From the NCBI GenBank assembly GCA_030324005.1, contig JARDVH010000193.1, positions 36,418,969 through 36,482,968 on the forward strand: a DNA stretch of 64,000 nt. Reading direction: 5' to 3'. Below, in pieces: positions 38,517-51,078 of the stretch. This DNA comes from Negaprion brevirostris (lineage: Eukaryota). Within the stretch, counting starts at the first letter, position 1, and each line of letters begins with the position of its first letter. The notes below the pieces were generated by a model. The model did not search any database. It was not told the DNA's origin and was given only the letters and a program-made list of their open reading frames with translations. A program made the position numbers and the translations under genes.

Positions 38517-40397
38517 GTGGGAGGAAAGCAGAGAACCTGGAAGAAACCCACGCAGACAGAGGGAGAACATGCAAACTCCACACAGGCACCCAATTACAAT
38601 TTAAAATTTCATTTTGCTGCACAGTCNNNNNNNNNNNNNNNNNNNNNNNNNNNNNNNNNNNNNNNNNNNNNNNNNNNNNNNNNNNNNNNNNNNNNNNNNN
38701 NNNNNNNNNNNNNNNNNNNNNNNNNNGGGAGAACATGCAAACTCCACACAGGCACCCAATTACAATTTAAAATTTAATTTTGCTGCAAAGTCATCCTACA
38801 TGAGTCTGTGCACTTTCCATTACAGCAATAACACATACAATTCCATGGGATGACTAAACATGTGGCTACATGTTGGTTCATATGCAGTGATGTACAGAGA
38901 TGCGCACAAATACTAAACATCCACTTTTTTCCACTGAGAACTATATCATAAAATCAACAGGAAATTGTATTCACATAAGCATCATTAACATAGTAAAAAG
39001 TCCCAAGATGACTCACTAGAATATGACCAGTTAAATATTGACTGTGAGCCAGAGTAGACGACATTAAGATAGGTTAGTCAAAGATTTTAAAGAGTGTCTT
39101 AGAGGAGAGAGAAGTGGAGAGATAGGGGGAGGGATTTGTTCACTACATATTACTCACTGTTGCTAAATTGATTATGCTGTGAAAGCTTGTTCCAATACTA
39201 ACCATTTAATTGAATGCCAAATATTGCATATCTTGGGGTACAAGATTGTAACTCAGCCAAAGTGAAGATGTCAAGTTTAGTTGAGAAAGCATACCAAAGT
39301 AACTGAGTATGAATGTTTATCAATTTGGAGACAAACAAACAAGTTACACAAGTTGCCTTTCTAACAGAGCTGTCCAAGAGAACTCTGACCCGTTTCAGGT
39401 GTAGCTATGATGGCACCATTTTAGTCACAAGCCCTACTTTAAATAAGAAATATCTTACAAGACCCGGGGCGGGGTGGGGGGGGGGGGGGGGCAATTATCC
39501 CCGCCTGCTGCAAGAATCACCCGGAGACATTAGTGGGGGGCGTTTTGCCCGCNNNNNNNNNNNNNNNNNNNNNNNNNNNNNNNNNNNNNNNNNNNNNNNN
39601 NNNNNNNNNNNNNNNNNNNNNNNNNNNNNNNNNNNNNNNNNNNNNNNNNNNNNNNNNNNNNNNNNNNNNNNNNNNNNNNNNNNNNNNNNNNNNNNNNNNN
39701 NNNNNNNNNNNNNNNNNNNNNNNNNNNNNNNNNNNNNNNNNNNNNNNNNNNNNNNNNNNNNNNNNNNNNNNNNNNNNNNNNNNNNNNNNNNNNNNNNNNN
39801 NNNNNNNNNNNNNNNNNNNNNNNNNNNNNNNNNNNNNNNNNNNNNNNNNNNNNNNNNNNNNNNNNNNNNNNNNNNNNNNNNNNNNNNNNNNNNNNNNNNN
39901 NNNNNNNNNNNNNNNNNNNNNNNNNNNNNNNNNNNNNNNNNNNNNNNNNNNNNNNNNNNNNNNNNNNNNNNNNNNNNNNNNNNNNNNNNNNNNNNNNNNN
40001 NNNNNNNNNNNNNNNNNNNNNNNNNNNNNNNNNNNNNNNNNNNNNNNNNNNNNNNNNNNNNNNNNNNNNNNNNNNNNNNNNNNNNNNNNNNNNNNNNNNN
40101 NNNNNNNNNNNNNNNNNNNNNNNNNNNNNNNNNNNNNNNNNNNNNNNNNNNNNNNNNNNNNNNNNNNNNNNNNNNNNNNNNNNNNNNNNNNNNNNNNNNN
40201 NNNNNNNNNNNNNNNNNNNNNNNNNNNNNNNNNNNNNNNNNNNNNNNNNNNNNNNNNNNNNNNNNNNNNNNNNNNNNNNNNNNNNNNNNNNNNNNNNNNN
40301 NNNNNNNNNNNNNNNNNNNNNNNNNNNNNNNNNNNNNNNNNNNNNNNNNNNNNNNNNNNNNNNNNNNNNNNNNNNNNNNNNNNNNNNNNNNNNNNNG

Positions 40398-40878
40398 ATT
40401 GGAAGGCACTGACAAAGGAACCTTGGTGAGGTCCTACAGTGCATCTTATAGATGGTACACATATCTGCCATTATTCATCTGTGGTGGAGAGATTAAATGT
40501 TCCTGGAAGGGGTAGCTATCAGGCATGCTAATTGTCCTGGGTGATGTCACACCTCTTGAATGTTGTTGGAGTTGCACTCATCCAGGCAAGTGGAAAGTAT
40601 TCTATTACACTCCTCATTTGTGCCTTGTAGCTGGTGGACAGATTTTGCGAACCAGAAGGTGAGCCACTCACTACAGAATTCCTAGAATTTGACATTCTCT
40701 GGTAACCACACTGTTCATATGGTTAATCAAATTCGGTTTCTGGGTAAATGCTAACCCCGAAGATGTTGATTGTGGAAGATTCAGCGATGGTAATGTCATT
40801 GAATGTCAACAGACGATGGTTACATCCTCTCTTGTTGGAGTTGATCATTGTCTGGCACTTGTGTGGTGTGAATGCTAC
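40398..40878 (-). mobile_element. Same CR1-like family (reverse), fragment next to a gap
   Basis: gcactcatccaggcaagtggaaagtattct...gatcattgtctggcacttgtgtggtgtgaatg. Confidence 0.78.
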
Positions 40879-41863
40879 ATACTGAACAAAGGATAGTATT
40901 TGAGCTCATGCTTGGGCACAGATGAGAGTGAATGACTATTGCATCATAGTGGTCTGGACCTCCAGAAGTGTCAACCCTGCAGTCATTTGACTGAAACTAA
41001 CTTTCATTCTAAAATATCCTGAACAAAGAAAATCTAGCTGAGAAACATTTAAAACACCACGAAGTATAATTTAACATCTGAAACATCAACGTTCATAGCT
41101 GAAATTCTTCTAATGCAGCCAAAATACTACTCATTTACAAGAAGCTTCACAGCTTCATGAGAATCCATTAGCCTGCAACTTCCTGGCTCCCCAGCATCAG
41201 ATTTGAAGGCTACCCCAAAGATGTGTGGGGAATCTTTCTGAGGAGTTGCCAGGTAAGGGTTTAATAAATGACTTTCTTTTTTTAAAAAAATCACTAAAAA
41301 GCCTGCTGTATGAACTTATCTTAAATTAGAAAAAATCACTCTGAGGGCAAAGAAATGACCACGCTTTAGACGCAGGCGTACTGATTATGCATTGGAAGGT
41401 ACCACATAAATTGTGTCCATTACAGAATTCTTAAGCTGTGCTGGCAAAAAAAACAGGAATAAGGGGCCGGAATCCTGGTTTCAGGTCCCATCTGTCATTT
41501 TTAAAGGACTTGCGACTTGGTCCGACTCCATAAAGATCCGTGCCAGTGTATCTTGTGCAGCTTCTAGATTTCTGTCCAGGAGTTGCAAGTGAAAGTTTGA
41601 CATTATCAAAGCAATTGTTAAGAATGTTAATTCACATGAGATTTGCTCTTTATTCTCAAATGTATTCGGCTGCTGTTTCCCCTTTGCCGTGATATTCCAT
41701 TTTAGAACTGCTCATTATTGACTGCGTTTTCTATATTCTGCTGACCTGAAGCAATTATTCTGATTGGTGAGCCAATCATAATGACAGCTCCTCTCTTCAT
41801 ACAATGCTCTTGAGGTTGCTGTTTCGTTTTACTCGTAACCAAGGAGGAAAAGCACTCACATTG

Positions 41864-42133
41864 TTTAAGTTTATTTATTAGTGTCGTAAGTAGGCTTACA
41901 TTAACACTGCAATGAAGTTACTGGCGCCTGTTCGGCTACACTGAGGGAGGACTTAGCATGGCCAATGCACCTAACCAACATGTCTTTTGAACTGTAGGAG
42001 GAAACCAGAGCACCCAGAGGAAACCCATGCAGACAAGGAGAAAATGTGCAATCTCCACACAGACAGTGATCCAAGCCGGGAATCGAATCCAGGTCCCTGG
42101 TGCTGTGAGACAGCAGTGCTAATCACTGTGCCA
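41864..42133 (-). mobile_element. tRNA-derived V-type SINE, same subfamily as the copy at 21482
   Basis: aagtttatttattagtgtc...gggaatcgaatccaggtccctgg...cagcagtgctaatcactgtgcc. Confidence 0.85.
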
Positions 42134-45100
42134 TAATGCAACATTTGTTCTCCGATTCTTATCTTACCATTTTATCATCAAACACATTTTAAAAATTCAA
42201 ACAGCACATGCCTGTGCTCTCTGATAAAACTATTAAGTACAACCACAGTATATATATTTTTTTCTTATTTATTAAAAATGTATAGCCATTTCTGGATTCC
42301 AACCAGCCATATCATATGTTAGACAGCACAGCTTTATAAGCATACAAGGTAAAAGTAATTCAACTCAGACAATCTACTGCTGCACTAGCTATTTCTATCA
42401 GAGTAATTGAGACATTTAAACAATAAAAAAGTTACCTGTTGTGTCTTTTCTTGGATAACATAGAGTTCTAACTAAATATTTTCAACACAAATTCCTGTTA
42501 CAAAAATGCTATGCTTTTGACCATAAATTATACTGTATCCTGTTAGTCCCATTTATTCAAAGTGTGTGTATTGTACTATATCAAATTAATATTAACCAGT
42601 GGGAAATTTATATGTTTTATAATTTTTTTCACTGCAGTTTAGAGACATATTGTCATAAGGAATGTCTGACTTGCAAGCCAGACATTCTTGGCATAAAGGT
42701 AGCTCCCTTGACATTATTAAATATGGTGCCAGGTCCTTTCAATTTAGTATTTTTGACAATTGAAATAACAACTGATTTGTCTACAGAAGTTTACNNNNNN
42801 NNNNTTATTGGATGCAGGTGAATGGGCTGACCATGTAGCACGATGTTAGATACTCGCATAGATATTCTTAACAGCTTAGATGGGTTTGATATATCACCAT
42901 AATTACTTGCTTCCCCACCAGGATGATGATACCCCTTCAAAGATTACTAAACCATTAACTAGAATCTCGTACTTCAATCTGAACTGCTGTTTATAAACGT
43001 TCAGAGTAAAAGTTCTGTGATGAAGAAATTGTCCACTTAACCTCAAGAATACAAGTCACAACATTTGTTGTACTTACTGTATAATGTGATTACATTCAGC
43101 AGTGGATAAGAACAAGTTTCCCTGTTTCAGTGAAGGCTTCTCCCTAGTGGACATCCATTAGGATGGAATTATTGTCCCCTTTGTAAGGCATACAGAATAA
43201 TTCCTATTTCGCTTCTTTAAGCTATTTCTCAGACCAAGTAACATACCCAATAAATAGTAAAAACCTTCATTCGAAAATAGCCAGAGAGAAAGCTGGTGTG
43301 CTGAATTAGATCTACAATACTAGATACACTGTACAGAACCCAGGCTTTAACTTCCAACCAAAGGGATAACATTTTCTCATAAATGAAAGTAAAATGTGCT
43401 ATACTGAAACTTCAATAGCTACAATGTTTTGCCCCAGTGGGGCTTATTTTATAGAGAGGTGAAGCACCTCAAACTTTCATTCACAGTCCAAGATCCTATA
43501 GTAAAATATCACCAGATGTACAAGGGTAGAAAAGAAGTCTGTGGATCTGTGATCAGGATGTTGTAAATATGCAGACATTTTATAAACCAGCTGTCCTGTC
43601 TGTATGGCCAGGGTAGTATGACTTCTTGAAACTGTTCTGCCAACAAATACAAAAACAAAAGAAAAAAGGAAAAACAGCAGACAGCTCCAATGTAATACAA
43701 ATCTTTTTTCAATATGAACAATTCAAACAATTGTCCATGGTTAAAACTGCTTCATGGTATAATGAGCACAAAGCCTTAAAGCCTTCATTACAGGGTTTAG
43801 CACACCCCAGGATGTCTCCATACTGAGCCAGTAAATATCCAGTGCACATTGGAAAGGCTGTGGAGGAATTGGCAGCTTCCTTCATTTCTTCTAAATCTGC
43901 CTTTGAGTACATTTTATTAGTGAATTACAACCAAAATAATTAAATCCAATGCTGCATCTAAAACAAGTTTGAACTATCTCACTTACAGTTTTGGCTCTCT
44001 GCAGAGTTCCAGCTTGACCTCCTGCTCAAATCCTCTGTTCCCTGTTAGAAAGTGAAAAGTCCCAGTCAGGTTGTGCAACGTGGATCATATATGATTCCAA
44101 ATAATCCACTTAGAGAGAAACAACTTCAGAAAATATAGTATCTTCTGCAGCATCAGTGTAAAATCCCTTTCACAGAGTCAGCTTCAGTAAGCTATACTTA
44201 GCAACACTTGTCACGTAGGTGATTAAAACTGGGAGGATACATTACTTCAATCTATTTACTAAGAGTAGATAATTTTTGACCTGCCTTTGCCAGCAATCCA
44301 ATAATCTGAATTAACTTAATATTCAAATGTCAACATTCATCAAAAGTGTTATTGGTAATTGGCTTGTCTTGCTCATATCCAAGAGTTACAAGTTTCACTT
44401 TTAGAATGGAAAAAAGGAAATAATTTTGTATAGCAAGAAGGAATAGTCAGTGAATTTTGTAGAATCAGAGAGATGCTACATTAGACATATCAGATGGTTG
44501 CTTCACCCTTTAACTTCACAAGTTTTCTGTACATCACCATGTCACTTGGTAGAGAAGTGACTATGATCCTTATATATATTCATGTCTGTTGCTCTCAGTT
44601 GAATATTGTGCACCATGCTGTTATTATTTCTTACTTTTAAGTTTCAACTTTAGAAGCATGATAGAGTCAGTGACCAACCAGGATTAATCTGATAGGGTGA
44701 CCACTACCTAAATGAAGTCTGCTGCACTTTAAAGGGAAGGTAGGTTGTTTGTTTGGTGTTAGCAAAAGCAGTATTCCGGAATAGCAGGCAGTGTGGCTTC
44801 AACCAGGACCGCAGTCCAGGAAGGGGATCCTATTCTGCTATAATGGACAATGGGTACTCAGACAATTTTTTTTGCAGCCTTGGAGGGGGTGGAAGATCAT
44901 GCTAATATCACAAGGATTGTTCAAAGGCCTGGCTGCAGTGCTGGAGAAAATGTAATGAGCTCACTAGGGCTGCCAAGGTACAACTCGCTTAACCATCTCT
45001 CAAGCTTTCCACATGGCCATGTAGCACCATTATTTGGTTCAGCATATCAATCTTTCCTTCCATATAGAGGCCAGAAGGGGTAAGAATGATGGGTTTCATT

Positions 45101-45879
45101 CCCTAAAAAATATTAAGCAACCGGTTGTTTTTTTAATGAGAATCTGACAGCTCTGTGGTTTGTTGGTTTATCTAACTGGCCTCAGGAAAATGCAGATATA
45201 ATCACTGACTTGAGAGGATCCCTCACATTAGAGAACATCAGGACCTACTCTCTTTTCTGTCCATTGGAAAAATCATGGAAGTTTTTTCAGTTGCTTAATG
45301 GAAGCATGGACAGCAAACTGACTGATGCCATGGGCATTTCCTGTGGCAGCCTGGAAGCAGCCAGAGGAAAATTCAGTCAGGTCTGCAGTGACCTTGACAA
45401 CAACAAATAATTCTGTTCTAGCTGTGGATTGCAGGATGGTTTTACAATCCAGTGACAGCTTCACTGTTCCTAAGTAAACTGCAGGTATTTTGTATTTTGT
45501 TGGAATGGCAAAGATTCCTGCAAGCATGCCTCCTTCTATTTGTTCCTTCCTCCATTGGCTGTTACTGCCAGATTCCTTGAAGCTGGAAACAGCCAGAAGC
45601 TCCCACAAAAGTTAATGGTGCTCTGCAGCCACCACAAGTAATTTGAAATGGTCTATATGACAAAAACCACAATGCAATGCAATCAGAATGTCTCCCAAAA
45701 ACCTTGAGTGTTTCAACCAAGTGCAGCTGAAGAACAGTTTAAATATCACTAGAAAGGTTGGCTCTCAATTTGTACTGTTCGTGCCATGTACCTGGAACAA
45801 GTAGAGATAAAACAGCAACAGAGAGTACTAACTACCTCATTTGATTCCAATTTTCATTTGTTCATTAGATATAGCACTT

Positions 45880-46012
45880 GGGGTGAATGGGATCAAATGT
45901 TATGGAGAAAAAGCAGGATTAGGCTATTGAGTTGGGCGATCAGCCATGATCTTAATGAATGGTGGAGCAGGCTCGAAGGGCCTCCTCCTGCTCCTTTCTT
46001 CTATGTTTCTAT
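45880..46012 (+). mobile_element. CR1 3' tail fragment (reverse copy at 33262-33338)
   Basis: gatcagccatgatcttaatgaatggtggagcaggctcgaagggcctcctcctgctcct...tatgtttct. Confidence 0.75.
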
Positions 46013-46289
46013 CAGTCCCTGATTGATTTGAGGTCATCCCAGAAGATTTAAAAGAAGTGGACAACAGCTGGTAGGACAGAGGTTCCATTTCCTACTCAAC
46101 TTTCGTCCTGTTTTTTACATACAAATTAGGGTGTTAGTGAATGAAAATCATCTCCTAGCTTATAGTAGTCATAAAGCCCTTTGAGAAACCTCAAATTAAT
46201 AAAATAGGAACATATGCCACTATATGATCAATGTAGAATCCATTCCCTATTTCATTGCCAACACTTTGAACCTAAGAAAGTTAGAACAT

Positions 46290-47066
46290 TGCATTTTCTA
46301 AATGGTTGGAAGCTGGGAACTAGGAGGGAGCTGAAAGATTTAGAGTTCTAAGTACAGAAGTCACTAAACGCCAGTAGATTGGTACAAAAAATTTTAAAGG
46401 GCTATGGAATGCTGGCCTTTATCTCAAGAAGGCAAGAATACAAAGGGAAGGAATAAAACACCAGCTAAATCCCATTTAGAATACGTCATGCAGTTCTTGA
46501 TACTGCACCTTCGACAGATGGGGGTGTTGTACTAACCTTAGAGAGGGTGGAATACATATTCATTATGATTACTGAGGCTTAAAAGTCTTCGTATATAGAA
46601 CAGGTTGCACTGACTAGGTAATTTTCCCTTGAGCATAGAAGATTGAAGGGTTACTCAACTGAGATGTTTTAAGATGCTTAAAAGAGTTGATAGGGTAGAA
46701 ACTATTTCTTCTGGTGTAAGAATCCAGGACATGAGGGCATAATCTTAAAATTGGAGCAAAGATGTTCAGAGATTCCAGGAAGCATTTCAAAAATATTAAA
46801 CTGAATTAAAGTGCTTTGGGACATCTGGAGGTCATGAGGCAGGTTATAGAAATGCAAGTCTTTCTTTTTGAAAATCTGAAACTCCCAAAAGATTGTTGAG
46901 GCCATGTCAATTAAAAATTTCAAAATTTAGATTGCTAGTTTTTTTATTAGACAAGGGTATGAGTGTTATAGAACCAAGGCACATAAATGGAGTTAAGAAA
47001 CAGGCCAGCCATAATCTAACTTAATGACAAAACAGGTTTGAAGGGCTGAATGACCTCTTTCGGTCC
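46290..47066 (+). mobile_element. Degraded CR1 LINE 3' fragment with a nested DeuSINE/L2 tail (46805-46866)
   Basis: ggaatgctggcctttatctcaagaagg, CR1 tail gggctgaatgacctctttc, and nested aaagtgctttgggacatctggaggtcatga...aaatgcaagtctttc. Confidence 0.75.
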
Positions 47067-47721
47067 CTACAATCCTACCAATGTCTGAGAATTTAAAAAT
47101 GGTTCTAAATCTCTGAATCACGCTCACCCCTCAAGTATGTAATGTACCACAGACACAAAATCTCATTTTCTAAAATGTGACAGCGCTCTTGCAGATAAAT
47201 AACACATTTTCATACGCCCTTAGGGAAATTTAGCTGCAATTGTATAATGCTGCATAAAAACAATCACAAAACACTTTAGTTCTAATGAGTAGTTAATAAC
47301 TGTTCCCTTCACATTATATTATTTTCTTCTGGTTGACAAATAGGAAAATCACTATTGTACTTCCACTGACTTTTTCTCTCAAACTGTCAACAGGAAGAAT
47401 TGAGTCATTTCAAATTTAGTATTAAACTTTTTCTAGCTTAGTATGTTATCTTCAGCCAATCTTCCACCCAGAGAGAAATTTAAAAACTCGTCAGAATGGG
47501 TTCCTAAAGTTCCCATTAGCTCAAACCATGGCAACAGTACCTGCATGAATAGTTAGATTCGACAACAGCAGCAATACAAAATTGGGTAAAAAAAAGGATG
47601 AAATTCCTCTGATTTTTAATTTTACTGGAAAAAATAGCATAAAAGAAATAATTTTCCACTGTGTACCGATGCTGGCTTACTTGACAAAATTGACAGGAAG
47701 AGTCAAACATTTGAAGAGCAA

Positions 47722-48150
47722 ATGAGCTCTCATTTATGTTGCACCTTTCATTACCTCAGGATGCCCCTAGGCATCTTACAGAAGTATTTTTGAAGGTTAA
47801 CAATTGTTGGAGTGTAAGAAATGGGGTGGCAAATTTGCATGCAGAAAAATTCTTAAGTAGTAATGAGATAAATGGCATGATCATCTACTTCAAATGTTGA
47901 TTGAAGAATAACTGTTCACCAGAAAACCAGCATTCCTTTTCTTGTCTTCATGTAGTGCCATAGGGTTTTTTCCCTCTACCCAAGAGGGCAGATGGGCTTT
48001 GGATTAACATCTCACCTAATGGCACTTCCAGAATTACAACATTCCCCCCAATGATGCACAGAAGTGCCAGCCTGGAATATGTGCTTAAGCCATTATAGTC
48101 GGGCTTGAACTTTTGATCTTCTGACTCAGGCGATAGTACCACTGAGCCAA
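47722..48150 (-). mobile_element. Deu-domain SINE (SacSINE1/AmnSINE1-like), apparently full length and diverged
   Basis: Minus strand has a tRNA-like head (cttggctcagtggtactatcgcctgagtcagaagatcaaaagttcaagccc), a central gatgttaatccaaagcccatctgccctct...cctatggcactacatgaaga...tttatctcatt segment, and an L2-type tail ...gcatcctgaggtaatgaaaggtgcaacataaatg. Confidence 0.7.
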
Positions 48151-50760
48151 GACCGACAAATTACACATAATGAACAGTCACAATATTCAAATAATTTAAT
48201 TATTTTGTTGATAATTAACATCCAATTGGAATTGGAAGTGCTAATTATGGATTGCAAAATCACTACCATTTCACTTTCAAAATGTTTTAGCTCATCAATT
48301 CCAACAAACATTTTAATAACCACATAAAAATTAAATCTAAGTGACGTCTTAAGATGCAGTTTTACGGTCACTGTTACATCAAAGCAAATCAACTTCACAT
48401 ATTAACTTAAAAATGACGTTATCACATAGAAGCAATATCATTACACGAAAACTAAGATGTGAACACTCCTCTGGGGTGAGAAGAGTGAAGACCTTTTGAG
48501 TTTAGTCTACTGTATTATAATTCTTAATGCAAAGTTTCATTTAAAAAGTTGTCAAGTAGTCCACTGGACTTCCTGAGAACTTTGAAAGTTAAATTTATAG
48601 CCTCTTTAACGGTAAGGGAAAACATATCCTGCCAAACACTTTCTAAGGGGAGTAATTAAGAATGGGTTGCAATTGTTGGCCCTGTTAGCGACACTCACAT
48701 CCCAGAAGCGAATAATAACTAACTCACAAATTAATGCACATACCACCTTGTTGCTGGCAGTATACAATAAGAGTAAGCAGTTTTATTCCATTCCACTGAG
48801 CAGCCAATTCTACAGGTATCAATCTGGAAACAGTAACTTAAGTATAACTACAGTCTTGAGTAATGAATCACTTCCTTCCTTGACTGTCTATCGATCATTA
48901 TTCTTGGTTTAGCTTTCAAAAAAGGAAGTGATGCATGACATCATTTTCACATCTTAATCTTTAGCTCAATTGCAACTTATTTAAAATACTACCAGTCTTC
49001 TGTGACAGTATTCACAGTAAGTCAGATGATGTGCTGTTACATAAGGACAGGAGCATTATACCATGTGCACACAGTGGTAGATTTTTAACTTCATCGTCCA
49101 GACAGTAATCTGGTACAGATCATACACCCTTTCCAGAATTTGCCTGATTTTCATTGCATTGAATTAATGGAGTGAAAATGAGGTGGGTTCTGTAAAAACA
49201 GTGACTACTTAAATTATCCGGCATTTCTTTCCAGACCACAAAGATGAATTGCTGAAAATAGACACATTTTGAGTCACAAAGACGGTACTGACATTAGTGA
49301 AGGAAGTTTTCAGATTGTGGTTCCCAGACACCTGTCAAACAAAATAAGGAACAAAATCCTACCTTCCTTTCTTTAATGACAGTGAATCCTGTAAACTGCA
49401 GATATTCAAAGCATTGGCCTTAGTTGTCCTCTTTCTCACTCAAAACATCAGTTCTATAAAAATGTTCCCAAAGATCTTAAAACACCAGCTGAGATCACAA
49501 TCAATACCTAATCAGCTGCAAGTGTTAATAATGTATATTTTGAAGCAGTTACAACAAAATTTGCATTTCAAGTACAGTACTTCTGCAGTGGAGCCATTTC
49601 CAATGACAGTCTCAGTGATGATTAGCCTTAGGGCCTAGGTCCACATAGGATCAGGAATGTACCCATCTTCTGGGTCCAAATGAGGACACATACACATGTA
49701 TCTTCTGAGTCCACATGGGTTTGGGTGTGTATACAACTTCGAGGTCCATGTGGGGTTGTGGCTGCAGTGGCAATTCAAACCCCGACATCCACATGGACAA
49801 AAAGAGTTCCAGCAGCAATCCATCAGTGATCATGGTCTTCAAACTTAGATACAGAACATTCTTTGCATATTTCAAAGTGTGACATTAGACATATCCCGTA
49901 TGTAAACATGTAAAAGTGTTTGCTATATTGCAAGCTGTCTGTTTTTGGCAGTTTCAGTTTTTTGCAGGTTTCACAACATTGCTGATGGTCGAAATTCTCC
50001 CATTTTGAGACAAAATGCAATGGTGGAGCCTATGTCGCTGGCCAGAATGACATGCCAGATTTTGCGCTTGAAACCTTGTTAATTATACCAGTGAGTTCCA
50101 CTCTGACTCTCCCAGCAGGTTGGCAGCTAATTCATCTGCCTGCCCTCAGCTAACGGGTTTGAATGTCCTAGCACAATTTTAAAATACCAATCCAGCACAC
50201 TCCTATCACTCTTTCCAGCATACCTACCTTTACCAGACTGTGCAGGAAATCAGCAACCCAGAAGGAAAAGGCTAGCAGCTTCAAGAAGAAGTCTGTTCCT
50301 CGATTTAATCACTGTCCTCTCCACTGCCTATCACCTGCAAGCCCCACTTGGCCTTTTACCGACCACCTCTGGAATCTTCATCCATCCCCATCCGATAAAC
50401 AATATGGTATCCCTTTAACCCCTTTGTTCCAAATTCATTGCCCTTGGTCTTCCCTCTATTTTCCATTGTTTGTCTTCTTTGTCCACCTCTTTGTCCCTCT
50501 GCCTGCCATCATGAGTCCTCACCTACTCTCCTTCTCTCTCCCCTCCTTGCATAGCTCTCATTCCACGTGGACCCTTTGTCGTCGTCAGGCTACCATTCTG
50601 AGCAACTATTAACCTTAAGTTTGCAACTGTTTAAACCAATCTTGCCTTTCTCTTAAAATGGTATGACACCATAATCACAAAGAAGGAAAGTCTCCAGGAA
50701 AGCAGCTTTTTTCAAACTATTCCCTCAATTATAGAGGAAAATATATTACTCAAAAATTTG

Positions 50761-51078
50761 GGCGGCAAAGTGGCACAGTAGTTGGCACTACTGTTTCACA
50801 GTGCCAGGGACCCTGATTCGATTCCAAGCTTGGGTCAGTGTGGAGTTTGTACATTCTCCCCATATCTGTGTGGGTTTTCCTCCAGGTGCTCCGGTTTCCT
50901 CCCAGAGACCGAAGATGTGCGGGTTAGGTGAATTGGGCATGCCAAATTGCCCTTTAGTGTGAGGAGGACTAACTAGGGTAAATGCATGGGGTATTGGGGA
51001 TAGGGCCTGGGTGGGATTGTGATCGGTGCAGACTTGATGAGTTGAATGGCTTTCTTTTGCACTGTAAGATTCTATGAA
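50761..51078 (+). mobile_element. Near full-length tRNA-derived SINE (HE1/V-SINE type)
   Basis: Head gggcggcaaagtggcacagtagttggcact with A box and B-box-like gattcgattcc; central gggttttcctccaggtgctccggtttcctccca (V domain); LINE-like tail ...gcactgtaagattctatga. Confidence 0.88.

Noticed and set aside
38560-38790. Direct repeat gggagaacatgcaaactccacacaggcacccaattacaatttaaaattt on both sides of a gap
   Set aside because: A near-identical sequence flanking a 100-N gap is most likely an unmerged contig overlap, not a real duplication.
39313-40515. Long ORFs (298-400 aa) in the ORF track
   Set aside because: They consist almost entirely of X from an N gap. The same applies to ORFs across the gaps at 2638, 23246, 33340, 35770, 38627 and 53784.
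49637-49797. CRISPR array interpretation of the repeat-spacer pattern
   Set aside because: Vertebrate DNA, degenerate short repeats, irregular short spacers and no cas genes.
50761-50835. tRNA gene
   Set aside because: The A/B boxes belong to a SINE head that continues into the SINE body; there is no complete cloverleaf.
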